Assembly: GCA_963847185.1 (NCBI GenBank)
Contig: CAWJYV010000010.1
Coordinates: 96,001 to 160,000, forward strand
Direction: 5' to 3'
DNA: 64,000 nt
DNA from: an uncultured Methanosarcinaceae archaeon
GTDB lineage: Archaea > Halobacteriota > Methanosarcinia > Methanosarcinales > Methanosarcinaceae
Made by a program: the position numbers and the translations under genes. The notes under the pieces were generated by a model. It ran no database searches and was not told the DNA's origin. It worked only from the letters and a program-made list of their open reading frames with translations. Below are positions 42,084-52,267 of this stretch, piece after piece; the first letter of the stretch is position 1, and each line of letters starts with the position of its first letter.

Positions 42084-43604
42084 ATGCACGTGAAAACTCA
42101 GCAAATCCTTAAGGTCTTCGAAGAAATCAATAAAATTCCGCGCTGTTCGAAGCACGAAGAAAAGCTTTCATTCTGGCTGCAGGAATGGGGCAGATCCAGA
42201 GGCTTTGAAGTGAAAGCCGATGCTTTAAATAATGTCCTCATCAAAGTCCCTGCAACTCAGGGATATGAAGACTCTCCAATACTGGTTCTGCAGGGGCATA
42301 TGGACATGGTCTGCGCAAAGAGTAAGGATTCAGAGCATGATTTTTCAAGAGATCCTATAAAATGTGCCTATGATGGGGACTGGCTGAGAGGAGACGGGAC
42401 TTCTCTTGGTGCAGATAATGGGATTGCACTGGCAATCGGGCTTGTACTTTCAGAAGCCGGAAAAAATGGGGAAATAGAGCATCCTCCACTTGAACTTCTC
42501 TTTACTGTAGATGAAGAGACAGGTTTAACAGGAGCATCCGGGTTTGAAGCCGGGTTTATTGAAGGTAAGCTGCTTCTTAACCTGGACTCTGAAGAAGAAG
42601 GGGTCTTCATAGCAGGATGTGCTGGCGGGCAGAATTCACTTATTATCCTGCCTGTTGAGTGGGAACTGTTCGATTATGAAAAAGAAGGTGGGTTTGATCT
42701 TTTCAGGCTCCTGGTTGAGGGGCTGGAAGGAGGCCATTCGGGAGTTGAAATCCACAGGCAGAGAGCAAATGCAATCCAGTTGCTTATCCGGACTCTGGCT
42801 GAATTAAAAATGAAAATTGGGGCAGAAAGCATCAGGCTTGTTCTGTTAAGCGGGGGAAGTGTCCATAACGCAATCCCTGATTCCTCAGAAGCATTTGTTG
42901 TACTTCATAAGAGCAAAATAGAAAAAGCTGAAGAAATAGTGTCTGAGCTCTGGAAGACCTTTATAGCTGAATATGCAAAAACTGACTCAGAACTCATTTT
43001 GAACTTCAAAGAGATTGATGTAAAAGCAGTTTTTGAAACTTCAGGAGGTAAAATTCTCAGGAAAGAGGTGCCCGATGACAGGGTTTTTTCTTTAAAAACT
43101 GAAGAAAAATTTATAGGGCTTCTCCTTGGAATGCCTCATGGGGTTTACAGATTATCGGATGTTATTTCCGGCTTTGTTGAAACTTCAAATAACCTGGCAA
43201 CTGTAAGGACAACGGAAAAGGAAGTGAAAATAGTATCAAGCCAGCGCAGTTCGCATATGTCCCGATTGGCTGAAATTACTGGAAAAATTGAAGCTGTGGC
43301 AAAGCTGGCAGGCGCAAAGGTTGAGCATGAGCCAGGATATTCTTCCTGGGAACCTGATCTTGAATCAGGGCTGCTTTCGAGATGCAAACACGTCTATACG
43401 GAAACCTTTGGGAAAGAGCCGAAAGTAGATGTAGTGCACGCAGGGCTCGAGTGTGGAGTAATCGGCTCAAAATGCATGGGTATGGAAATGGTTTCTTTCG
43501 GGCCGACAATCGAAGATCCCCACTCGCCTGCAGAAAAGATTTTTATCCCTTCCATTGAAAAGATCTGGATTTTCTTGGTAAACTTGCTGAAAAGCTATAA
43601 ATGA
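42084..43604 (+). CDS. pepD: Aminoacyl-histidine dipeptidase (M20C)
   Basis: LQGHMDMV, LGADNGI, TVDEETG, NLDSEEEG, GGHSG, HAGLECG. Confidence 0.92.
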   Translation: MHVKTQQILKVFEEINKIPRCSKHEEKLSFWLQEWGRSRGFEVKADALNNVLIKVPATQGYEDSPILVLQGHMDMVCAKSKDSEHDFSRDPIKCAYDGDWLRGDGTSLGADNGIALAIGLVLSEAGKNGEIEHPPLELLFTVDEETGLTGASGFEAGFIEGKLLLNLDSEEEGVFIAGCAGGQNSLIILPVEWELFDYEKEGGFDLFRLLVEGLEGGHSGVEIHRQRANAIQLLIRTLAELKMKIGAESIRLVLLSGGSVHNAIPDSSEAFVVLHKSKIEKAEEIVSELWKTFIAEYAKTDSELILNFKEIDVKAVFETSGGKILRKEVPDDRVFSLKTEEKFIGLLLGMPHGVYRLSDVISGFVETSNNLATVRTTEKEVKIVSSQRSSHMSRLAEITGKIEAVAKLAGAKVEHEPGYSSWEPDLESGLLSRCKHVYTETFGKEPKVDVVHAGLECGVIGSKCMGMEMVSFGPTIEDPHSPAEKIFIPSIEKIWIFLVNLLKSYK

Positions 43605-43711
43605 TTAAAAGTTACTGTTACAGAAGAATTTAAAAAGTCGTAGAATAATTTAGAAAGTGGTCTAAAAAGTATGGTGAACTGCAAAGAGGAGGGTAATTGA
43701 TAATTCTGAGT

Positions 43712-44275
43712 TCAGTCTCCTTTTTTGCTTGGTAACCAGCTCGATTTACTGTCCGTGGGAACCACCTCTCCTATGGCTGTCAGGCATTCCCCCTCCTCAT
43801 TACTATTCTTAGCTATGTGAGAACGCACCTTCATGAAGTAAGCCAGAGCTGCAATTGGTAAGGCATACCCTACTCCATAAACAGCCAGGTTTACCTCTTG
43901 CGGTTCGAAGATCACGCTCAAGAAATTAACTCCCAGCACAACAACCGTGAGCCCGACAAGGTTTAACTCCAGTTCCTCAATGTCATTTATTTTCAGCCAT
44001 CCCGGTAAAGGGAGCGGCTGGATAAATAACTGGTAGAGCCCGAAAGAGGTGAGGAAAAGTACTGTGCCGACTAAGAAAAGATGGACAGTTTCCACAATTT
44101 CAACAATGATATTAGCCTCTGTCTCTGTCTCTGACACTCCTATAATCAGTTTTCCCATGAAGTGAACAATGTCAATGCCGCCTTTAATAAACAGAGCACA
44201 AGCAGCAATCGCCAGCCCTATTACCGGAATCAGTACGAAGAACCGAATTCCCGCAATAAATCTTACAACTTTCAT
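43712..44275 (-). CDS. YqhA/UPF0114 membrane protein
   Basis: LFLVGTVLFLTSFGLYQLFI, PGWLKINDIEEL pattern. Confidence 0.8.
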   Translation of the reverse strand: MKVVRFIAGIRFFVLIPVIGLAIAACALFIKGGIDIVHFMGKLIIGVSETETEANIIVEIVETVHLFLVGTVLFLTSFGLYQLFIQPLPLPGWLKINDIEELELNLVGLTVVVLGVNFLSVIFEPQEVNLAVYGVGYALPIAALAYFMKVRSHIAKNSNEEGECLTAIGEVVPTDSKSSWLPSKKGD

Positions 44276-44440
44276 TGGCAGACTCCTTTTTGCTTTGTCT
44301 TTCTGTTTCTACTCATTGCAAGCCTGTGTTGCACAAGGACATCTTGTAAGCCGATAAAATCCCTGTGATTAACGTCTTCTACGTCGATGTTAGAAGACAA
44401 GGGTATCCGAATAATATTGTGCTTACGGTAACTCCCACGC

Positions 44441-45931
44441 TCATGTGCTTCCAATTCCCTGCAAAAGCTTGTCCATTACCTGATCGACAGTAAAGCTAGC
44501 CGCTTTTTGACGTGGAGGATACTCTTTAAATGTTTCCAAAAAATCTCCCACAACACTCTGGGCAGGTACTAATAAGAAGGCGTGATTAAGCAACCAGTCG
44601 TAGTAAGTATTTGAGGTCTGATCCGCCCTCTCATAAGGATCTGTACGCAGATTGAATATTTTTGGTACTCGCAGCGGGACAAAAGGTTCAGCCCAGACCT
44701 GTAGTGTACCGATAGCACGCTGTTCCATAAAGACCATTTTCCAGTTGTCGTACCTGAGAGCTACCAGGTCTCCATCGTCGGAGAAGTAAAAGAACTCGAT
44801 ACGCGGGGATTTCTTCTCCTTTCCGATAAGATAGGGAAGCAAGTTATAGCCGTCAAGGTGCACCTTAAAATTTTTGTCTCCTGCTTCGTAGCCTTTTTTG
44901 GCTTTTTCCTTGATATCCGGCTCTCCGGCTGCTGCAAGTAAAGTTGGCAGCCAATCAAGGTGGCTTACTATCTCATTAGAAACCATGCCTGACGGAATCT
45001 TGCCAGGCCAGCGTACTACCTCAGGAACACGGAAAGCACCTTCCCAGCAAGAGTTTTTCTCATTGCGGAACGGGGTCATGGCTGCATCTGGCCAGGTATT
45101 CATATGGGGTCCGTTGTCAGTGCTGTAGAGAACGATAGTGTCTTCTGCAATGCCAAGTTCGTCCAGCAAATTCAAAAGTACCCCCACCTGCCGATCATGT
45201 TCGATCATGCCGTCATGGTATTCTGACTGCCAGCGCCCAGACTGTCCCCTTATCCTCTCCGGAATATGGACTCTAAAGTGCATCCAGGTAGTATTGAACC
45301 AGACAAAGAACGGCTTTCCAGCTTCATGCTGCCGCTTGATGAAATCTATGGTTGATCCCAAAAACTCCAGATCTACGGTTTCCATGCGTTTTCTGGTCAG
45401 CGGGCCGGTGTCTTCGATGCGGCCGTCGGCGTAGCTGTGGATTACTCCCCTGGGGCCATAGTTCTTTCGGAAATCTGGAAAATCCTTCTCAGGTGGATAG
45501 TCGGGATTTTCCGGTTCTTCTTCGGCATTGAGGTGATAGAGATTGCCGTAGAATTCGTCAAATCCGTGATTTGTGGGCAGGTATTCGTCCCTGTCTCCGA
45601 AATGATTCTTCCCAAACTGGCCTGTGGCATAGCCCAGTGATTTAAGCAGTTCGGCGATTGTCGGGTCCTCTGGCTGAATTCCTATTTTGGCCCCCGGCAT
45701 TCCTACCTTGCTTAATCCTGTACGGAAAACACTCTGTCCTGTAATGAACGCTGCCCTGCCGGCAGTACAGCTCTGCTCCCCATAAGAGTCCGTAAATCTG
45801 ATACCTTCGTTAGCTATCCGGTCAATGTTGGGAGTTCTGTATCCCATCAACCCGTCGCTGTAGCAACTGAGGTTGCTAATGCCAATGTCATCTCCCCAGA
45901 TAACCAGTATATTTGGTTTCTTTTCTATCAC
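44441..45931 (-). CDS. Arylsulfatase (Cys-type formylglycine sulfatase)
   Basis: KPNILVIWGDDIG, SCTAGRAAFITG (CxAxR), GKNHFG, STDNG. Confidence 0.93.
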   Translation of the reverse strand: MIEKKPNILVIWGDDIGISNLSCYSDGLMGYRTPNIDRIANEGIRFTDSYGEQSCTAGRAAFITGQSVFRTGLSKVGMPGAKIGIQPEDPTIAELLKSLGYATGQFGKNHFGDRDEYLPTNHGFDEFYGNLYHLNAEEEPENPDYPPEKDFPDFRKNYGPRGVIHSYADGRIEDTGPLTRKRMETVDLEFLGSTIDFIKRQHEAGKPFFVWFNTTWMHFRVHIPERIRGQSGRWQSEYHDGMIEHDRQVGVLLNLLDELGIAEDTIVLYSTDNGPHMNTWPDAAMTPFRNEKNSCWEGAFRVPEVVRWPGKIPSGMVSNEIVSHLDWLPTLLAAAGEPDIKEKAKKGYEAGDKNFKVHLDGYNLLPYLIGKEKKSPRIEFFYFSDDGDLVALRYDNWKMVFMEQRAIGTLQVWAEPFVPLRVPKIFNLRTDPYERADQTSNTYYDWLLNHAFLLVPAQSVVGDFLETFKEYPPRQKAASFTVDQVMDKLLQGIGST

Positions 45932-46062
45932 TTTTAGCCCCCTTTGATATTGGTTGATATCTCGAATATTGTCAGGATATCAGTCAGTAATTCTAAGCAT
46001 CTTTGCGATGCTGATAGAGCAAAATATGGATTCTTTCTCCTCTGCTCCCCTCTTTATTTCTT

Positions 46063-47421
46063 TCAAAATCGCACAACAGTTCCGGACTGCAACTGAGCTC
46101 TATTATTTATCTGCTTCTGGCCCTTCTTTTCAGGTTCTTTTTTACTGCCGTGACAGCGTTTGAACTTGAGTCCGCTACCACAGGGACATGGATTATTGTG
46201 TCCGGCCCTGCCAAATGTGTCTTCAAGGGCCAGGACTCGCATTACCTCTGATGCCGGGTAGCCCCTGTGTATCAGGCCTGCCATAATCTCCATAGGAAAG
46301 TTAATATGTCGGAAGAAAGCTTTCCAGCCCTTACAGAGGTAGTTCAGACCGGGTTCCCCTGCAGAAGTTGTCATAAAGCGGTTTTTTGGACATTCTCCCC
46401 TACAGGCAAAAAGAACATCGCATTCGCGGCATACCTGGGGCAGGGCATCTCTTTTATCCTGCCCGAACCTGTACTGCTTTTTCAAAGCGGCAAGTTCCCC
46501 TATCCCTTTCTCCATGATATTGCCCAGCAGGTAGTCCGGCTCTACAAAATGGTCGCATGAATAGAGATCCCCGTTGTGCTCCAGAGCAAGCCCCATACCG
46601 CATGTTTCCTCGAAAACACACATGCCTGAGGGCATCCCAAGCCATCTGCGTGCAGAAGCTTCAAAGGTCTGTACGAAGACCCTGCCTACATCATTTCTCA
46701 CCCACTCGTCGAAAACCTGGTTCAGGAAATTTCCAAGCTGTTCAGGCAGTACTGAACGATCTGAAACCCTGTCCCCTTTCTGGTAAAGGGTATATCCTTC
46801 CTCATCTATTCGCTCTACAACCGGAATAAACTGAATCCAGTCTGTTCCTGTTTCATCCCGCAGGAAGCGATAGACTTCCAGCGGATAGTCAGCATTGACC
46901 CGGTTGACTGTAGTCAGGACATTATACTCCACGCCGTGTTTTTGCAGCAGGCGAAGTCCTCGCATTACCCGCTCGAAAGTCCCCTCCCCTTTTTTGTCCA
47001 CCCGGTAGGCATCGTGCAGTTCACGTGGGCCGTCGATGCTTATCCCGACGAGAAAGTTGTTTTTCTTAAGGAACCGGCACCATTTTTCGTCCAGCAGCGT
47101 GCCATTGGTTTGCATTGTGTTCTCAAATGTCATGCCCGGTTTTCTGTACTTTTCCTGCAGTTCTATAGCACGCCTGTAAAAGTCAATGCCCATAAGAGTG
47201 GGCTCACCCCCCTGCCAGGCAACTGTTACCTGCAGGCTGCGGTGGGCTGCAATAAGTTGACAGATGAAGTTTTCCAGTACTTCGTCTGACATACGGAACC
47301 TGCTTCCGGAATAGAGCAGTTCTTTGTTGAGAAAAAAACAGTAGGAACAGGCCAGGTTGCATATCGCTCCGGTAGGTTTTGCCAGCACGTGGATTCTGGC
47401 TGGCAGATGGTTTTGTGTCAT
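46063..47421 (-). CDS. Anaerobic sulfatase-maturating enzyme (radical SAM/SPASM) with C-terminal SEC-C motif
   Basis: CNLACSYC, WQGGEPTL, YSCDH, SPASM cysteines, PCPCGSGLKFKRCHG. Confidence 0.93.
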   Translation of the reverse strand: MTQNHLPARIHVLAKPTGAICNLACSYCFFLNKELLYSGSRFRMSDEVLENFICQLIAAHRSLQVTVAWQGGEPTLMGIDFYRRAIELQEKYRKPGMTFENTMQTNGTLLDEKWCRFLKKNNFLVGISIDGPRELHDAYRVDKKGEGTFERVMRGLRLLQKHGVEYNVLTTVNRVNADYPLEVYRFLRDETGTDWIQFIPVVERIDEEGYTLYQKGDRVSDRSVLPEQLGNFLNQVFDEWVRNDVGRVFVQTFEASARRWLGMPSGMCVFEETCGMGLALEHNGDLYSCDHFVEPDYLLGNIMEKGIGELAALKKQYRFGQDKRDALPQVCRECDVLFACRGECPKNRFMTTSAGEPGLNYLCKGWKAFFRHINFPMEIMAGLIHRGYPASEVMRVLALEDTFGRAGHNNPCPCGSGLKFKRCHGSKKEPEKKGQKQINNRAQLQSGTVVRF

Positions 47422-47429
47422 TCAGTATT

Positions 47430-47855
47430 TTCTCCCTGCATTGGAATGACCTGATTCCTTGATCAGTTTGCCTCTCACATTCACGGTCACACTATAGATT
47501 TTCCTGTGAACCAAAAGGAGGCTGGTAGTCAGGTGTTAACGGTGCTCCATAAGCTGAGTCGCATGTGCTTCCACTGGTTAGCCCGAGCAGGAGTGAAATA
47601 CAGCGCGGTAGTATGCATGTTGTTGTAAGCGAGCCTCCCGCGCCAGACTATCAGGTTAAATGTCTGCATAGGGCTGCCATAGCATCCAAGTTGTCCAAAT
47701 CCCATATCGTCCGGCACAATGAACAGTATATTGGGAGCACCCTTCTTAACACATAGCGTCCCCGGCCAGGCTAGTTCAGACTGATCCACCGTATGCCCGA
47801 TTAAGCCAGGAAAGTGGCTCTTGGTTTGTATTCTTTCGATGACATTTATGTCCAT
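47430..47855 (-). pseudogene. Internally deleted second arylsulfatase gene
   Basis: GAPNILFIVPDDMGFGQLGCYGS N-terminus, broken active-site motif, followed directly by a C-terminal-like FTGKIYSVTV segment. Confidence 0.7.
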
Positions 47856-48014
47856 TTTGAAATTTCATGATGAATGTATCAAAGTAAAAATGGGTAAAGG
47901 AACTGATTCTTCGCTCCTTTCCCTGCATTTATTTATATTCAGAAACAGTCGTTCTTATCTTACAGCCGATTTCCGGAAAATTTGTTTCCTTAAAGGTGGT
48001 TTTTCGGTCAAGGG

Positions 48015-48521
48015 TCAGTATGCAGGCGCTGTTTCTTCTTCGGCAAATGCAGCACGTAGTTTGTCTTCTTCTTCCTTGGACAGGTTGGAGGCAATGAGTT
48101 CAAACTTCATTCCCCTTGCAGCTTCTGCAACCTTATCCTTTACGGCAGCACTGGTCATCAAGAAGAGGGCTGATGTGCCTTCTGTCACTTTGCTGCGGAC
48201 AGATCTTATGAAATCGTCACTAATCCCCACATCTGCCATAGAACCACTCATTGCTCCCAATGATGCTCCAACGACCAGCCCAAATATTGGAATAAAGAAT
48301 ATCAGGCCAAATAGCATACCCCAAAAGGCCCCACTAAGTGCACCTACTCCGGTCATACTGGATAATTGTTTAGTTTTTGGCTTCTTTTTTCCTTCGGGCC
48401 AGCTGACTATGGCTGCATCATGCAGGGTAATCAGTTGTCTCTTATTCAGATCTTCAATCACATGAAGTGCCTTTTCAGCACCATCAGCAGTTTCGAACTT
48501 CAGGACTGTTAAAGTTGCCAT
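48015..48521 (-). CDS. DUF1269 family membrane protein
   Basis: LHDAAIVSWP.GKKKPKT, GAFWGMLFGLIFF, DVGISDDFI, GTSALF. Confidence 0.85.
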   Translation of the reverse strand: MATLTVLKFETADGAEKALHVIEDLNKRQLITLHDAAIVSWPEGKKKPKTKQLSSMTGVGALSGAFWGMLFGLIFFIPIFGLVVGASLGAMSGSMADVGISDDFIRSVRSKVTEGTSALFLMTSAAVKDKVAEAARGMKFELIASNLSKEEEDKLRAAFAEEETAPAY

Positions 48522-49645
48522 TACTCGAATCTCCTTTTCTGTTTTCAGATTTGTTTCTCGTTTATCATGACAGCTCTCAGATCAAGAAGGAATGTCGTAA
48601 CTATCGTTTTTAATCTTTAACCGGAAAGCGTGTGAATCAGGAAGAGTCGAAATAAGTCATCTCATTAGCTTCTGAAATGTGTCTTTTGTCCACCAGAATT
48701 CTGTAGCTATTTTGCAACTGGAAATTCTGGGGAAGCAGATCTCAGGTCCGCATATTTTTTTCAACGGGTAGCCGAAGATAATTTTTTTGTGACCGAAAAT
48801 CAGGCATATTTAATTTTTCGCCCCTCAGAGCACAATTCACTATACTCGGAAATTCGGGCATAGTCAGTATAATCCGGGAAGGAAAGTGATACTTTATAAT
48901 CTTCTTCTCCCATCACTCACTCAAGCTGCTAATGAAAATCTGTCAGGTGTCAGGATGAAATGGCGAAAATCAACATCTCAGGCCTTTACCCGACCAGTTT
49001 TGATATTATTGACCCCCCATCTTTTAATGAACCGCGCATTTTATCTAGAGTTAGCAGTCCAATAATTACTATTGTATATTTAGATTTTTATGTATATTAT
49101 ACTATACTTATCTCACAGTTTCATCAGGTTCACTATTCTATGAGCTTCAGGGCCTTTGGAGTGCAGTAATCTATCCTTAAACAGATATCTAAAAACCCAA
49201 ATTATTTTCTCAGTAGAATACTTGGCAATGTTAACTTTAAATTAAAATGGATATTTTCCCTAAATCCGGGCACAAATCGGTTTTAGAGTGAAATATTTTA
49301 TTCCACTTGCCCGACTAAAATTTCAGGCCTTCACAATTTTTACTGCTATCTATTTTCAATTTAACGTAATTTATTGGACTTTTATGCAGGAGGTGAAAGC
49401 AACTATATGGTGTATTTAAAGGGAAAATAATTATAGAATTAATAAGAAAAAGAAGTCAGAAATACAGATAAAAGAATAGTTATGTACAGTCTATCTCAGC
49501 ATACTTTACCTTACAGCAGAGTTTTTTACAGAGTAAAATTAGCTATTTGAGTAAACTAATGATTTATATAACTTAAGATTATGCCCGAATTCTGAAACTG
49601 AATGTTTAAATGGCTAATTTTCGAAAACGATTTGTTTTGCAGTTT

Positions 49646-49840
49646 TTAATAGATTTCCTTAACCCTTCCAACCTGCCCATCCGTTAATTGAACCTTTATC
49701 CCATGCGGATGGGTTGAGGAATTGGTTAATATTCTCTTCACAACGCCTTGAGTGATTTTTCCGGTTCTCTGATCTTGTTTTAAGACAATTCCTACGTTTA
49801 ACCCTTCTTTGATGTTTGATCTTACATTGCCGTTATTCAT
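49646..49840 (-). CDS. YwbE (DUF2196) family protein
   Basis: IVLKQDQRTG, ILTNSSTHPHGIKV.L.DGQVGRV. Confidence 0.88.
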   Translation of the reverse strand: MNNGNVRSNIKEGLNVGIVLKQDQRTGKITQGVVKRILTNSSTHPHGIKVQLTDGQVGRVKEIY

Positions 49841-50069
49841 GGCAGAAGGTAAATTTTGGATTATATAAACATGTGCTTTTGAAAAAAATTAAATTTTGAA
49901 TTTGATGAATATACAGCCGTACTCGGTATCTGGGACCTTCTTGTCCCGCTTGCGAAGCTGACCGGCTTTTCCTATTAGCAGAATATGGAGAGAAAAAGCA
50001 GGTATAAAAAATATATGAGGAGTATTCGATTCTTTCTTCCCAATCAGAGAAATGATTAGACAAAAAAAT

Positions 50070-50811
50070 GGCATTGGTATCTAAATACTGATATATATAT
50101 TATGAGAACTTATATCTCTTGATGAACTGCCCAAGATGTAAGAGTCTCGATCACATAAAGAATGGTAAAGTTAATGGCCGTCAACGCTACAAATGCTCTG
50201 ATTGTGGATATAATTATTCAGTAGAGCTAAAATCAACTGCTAGCTCCCCCTCTGTTAAGAGACAGGCTTTACAACTCTATCTTGAAGGATTAGGATTTCG
50301 GTCAATAGGGCGTTTTTTGGGAGTAAGTCATGTTTCTATCCAAAAATGGATAAAGAAATTTGGTCAGGAGTTAGAAGAACTAAAAAGCGAAAATGAGATC
50401 TCTATTGTTGAAATGGATGAGATGTACACTTACATCGGTAACAAAAAAAATATTGCTGGATCTGGATTGCTGTTGATAGAGTTGGGAAAAAGTTCATCAA
50501 CTGCTCTTTTGGCAGCAGAGGGACAGAAACTGGACAAAATCTCTGGGAAAAGTTAAAGGAAAAAGAGATTGAAAAAGTGATGACTGATCACTGGAGGGCA
50601 TATGCAGAGTTCGTTCCAGATAAAATTCATACTCAATCAAAAGCAGAAACGTATACTGTTGAAGGATATAACAGCATATTTAGACACTTTCTGGCAAGAT
50701 TGAGAAGAAAGACAAAGTGTTATACTAAGAGTCTTGAAATGCTAAAGTACTCAGTTCTTCTCTTAATGAAATACAGAAATAATGAGTTAACTATATTTAG
50801 TTAACAATACC
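50070..50811 (+). mobile_element. Intact IS1-family insertion sequence
   Basis: TIR GGCATTGGTATCTAAATA vs GGTATTGTTAACTAAATA (rc of right end); 8-bp target duplication AAAAAAAT at 50062-50069 and 50812-50819. Confidence 0.9.
50119..50804 (+). CDS. IS1 transposase (InsA/InsB joined by a -1 frameshift at A8, 50443-50450)
   Basis: Zn finger CPRC..CSDC, HTH, DEMYTYIG; -1 frame gives YCWIWIAVDR...TDHWRAY...VEGYN..RHFLARLRR. Confidence 0.9.
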
Positions 50812-51214
50812 AAAAAAATTACTCTACAGATATCAATTTTAATATTTTCGACGGGTACCTTTCCCTGTATTTTATATTGAACCTCTTTTTGTTATCATTA
50901 CAGGAAAAAACTGGCCTCTATGTAGTCGGTGAGAGTTTTGGTACCCAAATCAAAGCCAAAATATCTTTGAAGTCTGAAAATCTAGTTCAAAAACGCCAAA
51001 AAGAACAAAAACAAGCTTGAAAACAAGTTAGAATGAGATAAATGAACTATAGAAATATAAACTCGATAATGAAACACGAAAAAATTAAAAGCAGAAAGAA
51101 TCAAATTTAACACTTCAAAACTGATTTTTAGAGTTACAATTTTAAATTTAATTCCTAGAAAATGTCAATAACCATTTTCCTCCTGCCTGCGAGCTCTTAA
51201 ATCTAGTTTTTTCC

Positions 51215-51553
51215 TCACGAACCTTTGCATTCATCTATGAATTTTGTTATTTCCCGATCTGCGGTTTGACAGGTGATGAAAAAAGGTTTTCCCGTAATTG
51301 TGAGAGTAAGACTGGACTTCCCATCCCAATCGAAATTCCCGGTAATACCTTTTCCCGAAAGTTCTCCTTTGTTTCCAGGCGGAACATCGATGCCGTAGTC
51401 CTGAAGCTTTGTCTTCATGCATTCAAAAGTATCTGATGTGATACCGGAAACCGTTACAGGTTCACAGGCATTCCTAGAAATCTGTGCCTGAGCAAATCCA
51501 GGAGAAAAAACTAAGCAGGTCAATAGCAGAGAAAAAATCACTTTTATATTCAT
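51215..51553 (-). CDS. Small secreted protein with 4 conserved Cys, paralog 1
   Basis: Signal peptide ending AQA; strong similarity to 51643-51981. Confidence 0.8.
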   Translation of the reverse strand: MNIKVIFSLLLTCLVFSPGFAQAQISRNACEPVTVSGITSDTFECMKTKLQDYGIDVPPGNKGELSGKGITGNFDWDGKSSLTLTITGKPFFITCQTADREITKFIDECKGS

Positions 51554-51642
51554 TTTTTACTCCCCATACAAATTTAGCCTTCTTCATGAAAAAAACTTAA
51601 TATTTACCTTTTCTAAACTCTTCAAATTTTTTCTCAATTTTT

Positions 51643-51981
51643 TTACGAACCTTTGCATTCGTCTACGAATAGTATTAGTTTCTCGTCTGCGGTTTCACAG
51701 CTGACCAGAGGTGGTCTTTCCTTGACTTCGATAGTAAGCTCGGATTTACCGTCCCACGCGAATTTTGCAACAATCCCTTTTCCCGAAAGTTTTCCTTCGT
51801 TTCCTTGCGGAACTTCAATGCCATAATTTTGAAGTTTTGTCTTCATGCACTCAAAAGCCTGAGGTGTAACATTAATAAACTTTATAGGTTTACAAATGTC
51901 CTCTCCATTCTGTGCTTGAGCGAGTCCAAGAGAGAGAATCAAGCAGACAGACAGCAGAGAAATTACCAATTTTGTATTCAT
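51643..51981 (-). CDS. Small secreted protein with 4 conserved Cys, paralog 2
   Basis: Shares FECMKTKLQ.YGI.VP.GN.G.LSGKGI...F.WDGKS and DECKGS with paralog 1. Confidence 0.8.
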   Translation of the reverse strand: MNTKLVISLLSVCLILSLGLAQAQNGEDICKPIKFINVTPQAFECMKTKLQNYGIEVPQGNEGKLSGKGIVAKFAWDGKSELTIEVKERPPLVSCETADEKLILFVDECKGS

Positions 51982-52267
51982 TCTTCACTTCCCCCCATGT
52001 GCAAATTCGGCCATAGGCAGGCCAAGTTAAACACGCAATTAAATAAAGACAAATTAAAGTAAAAAATTAAATACGTGTTAATTATAATGTAGATTATATA
52101 AATTGCTGGTTATATATAATTAATCTTTGTTAACTATGGGGTTTAGTGTGATTTACTAAATTAATACGAGTTTTAAGAATACAAGCCTGCCTTTACATTA
52201 ATATTCAAATTGTTTACCCTCAATTTTCAATCCCTTATCTGGAATTCCCTGATGAGAGTCAATCAAG

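Noticed and set aside
48560-49170. Possible degraded gene upstream of DUF1269
   Set aside because: Only short interrupted frames; no family recognisable
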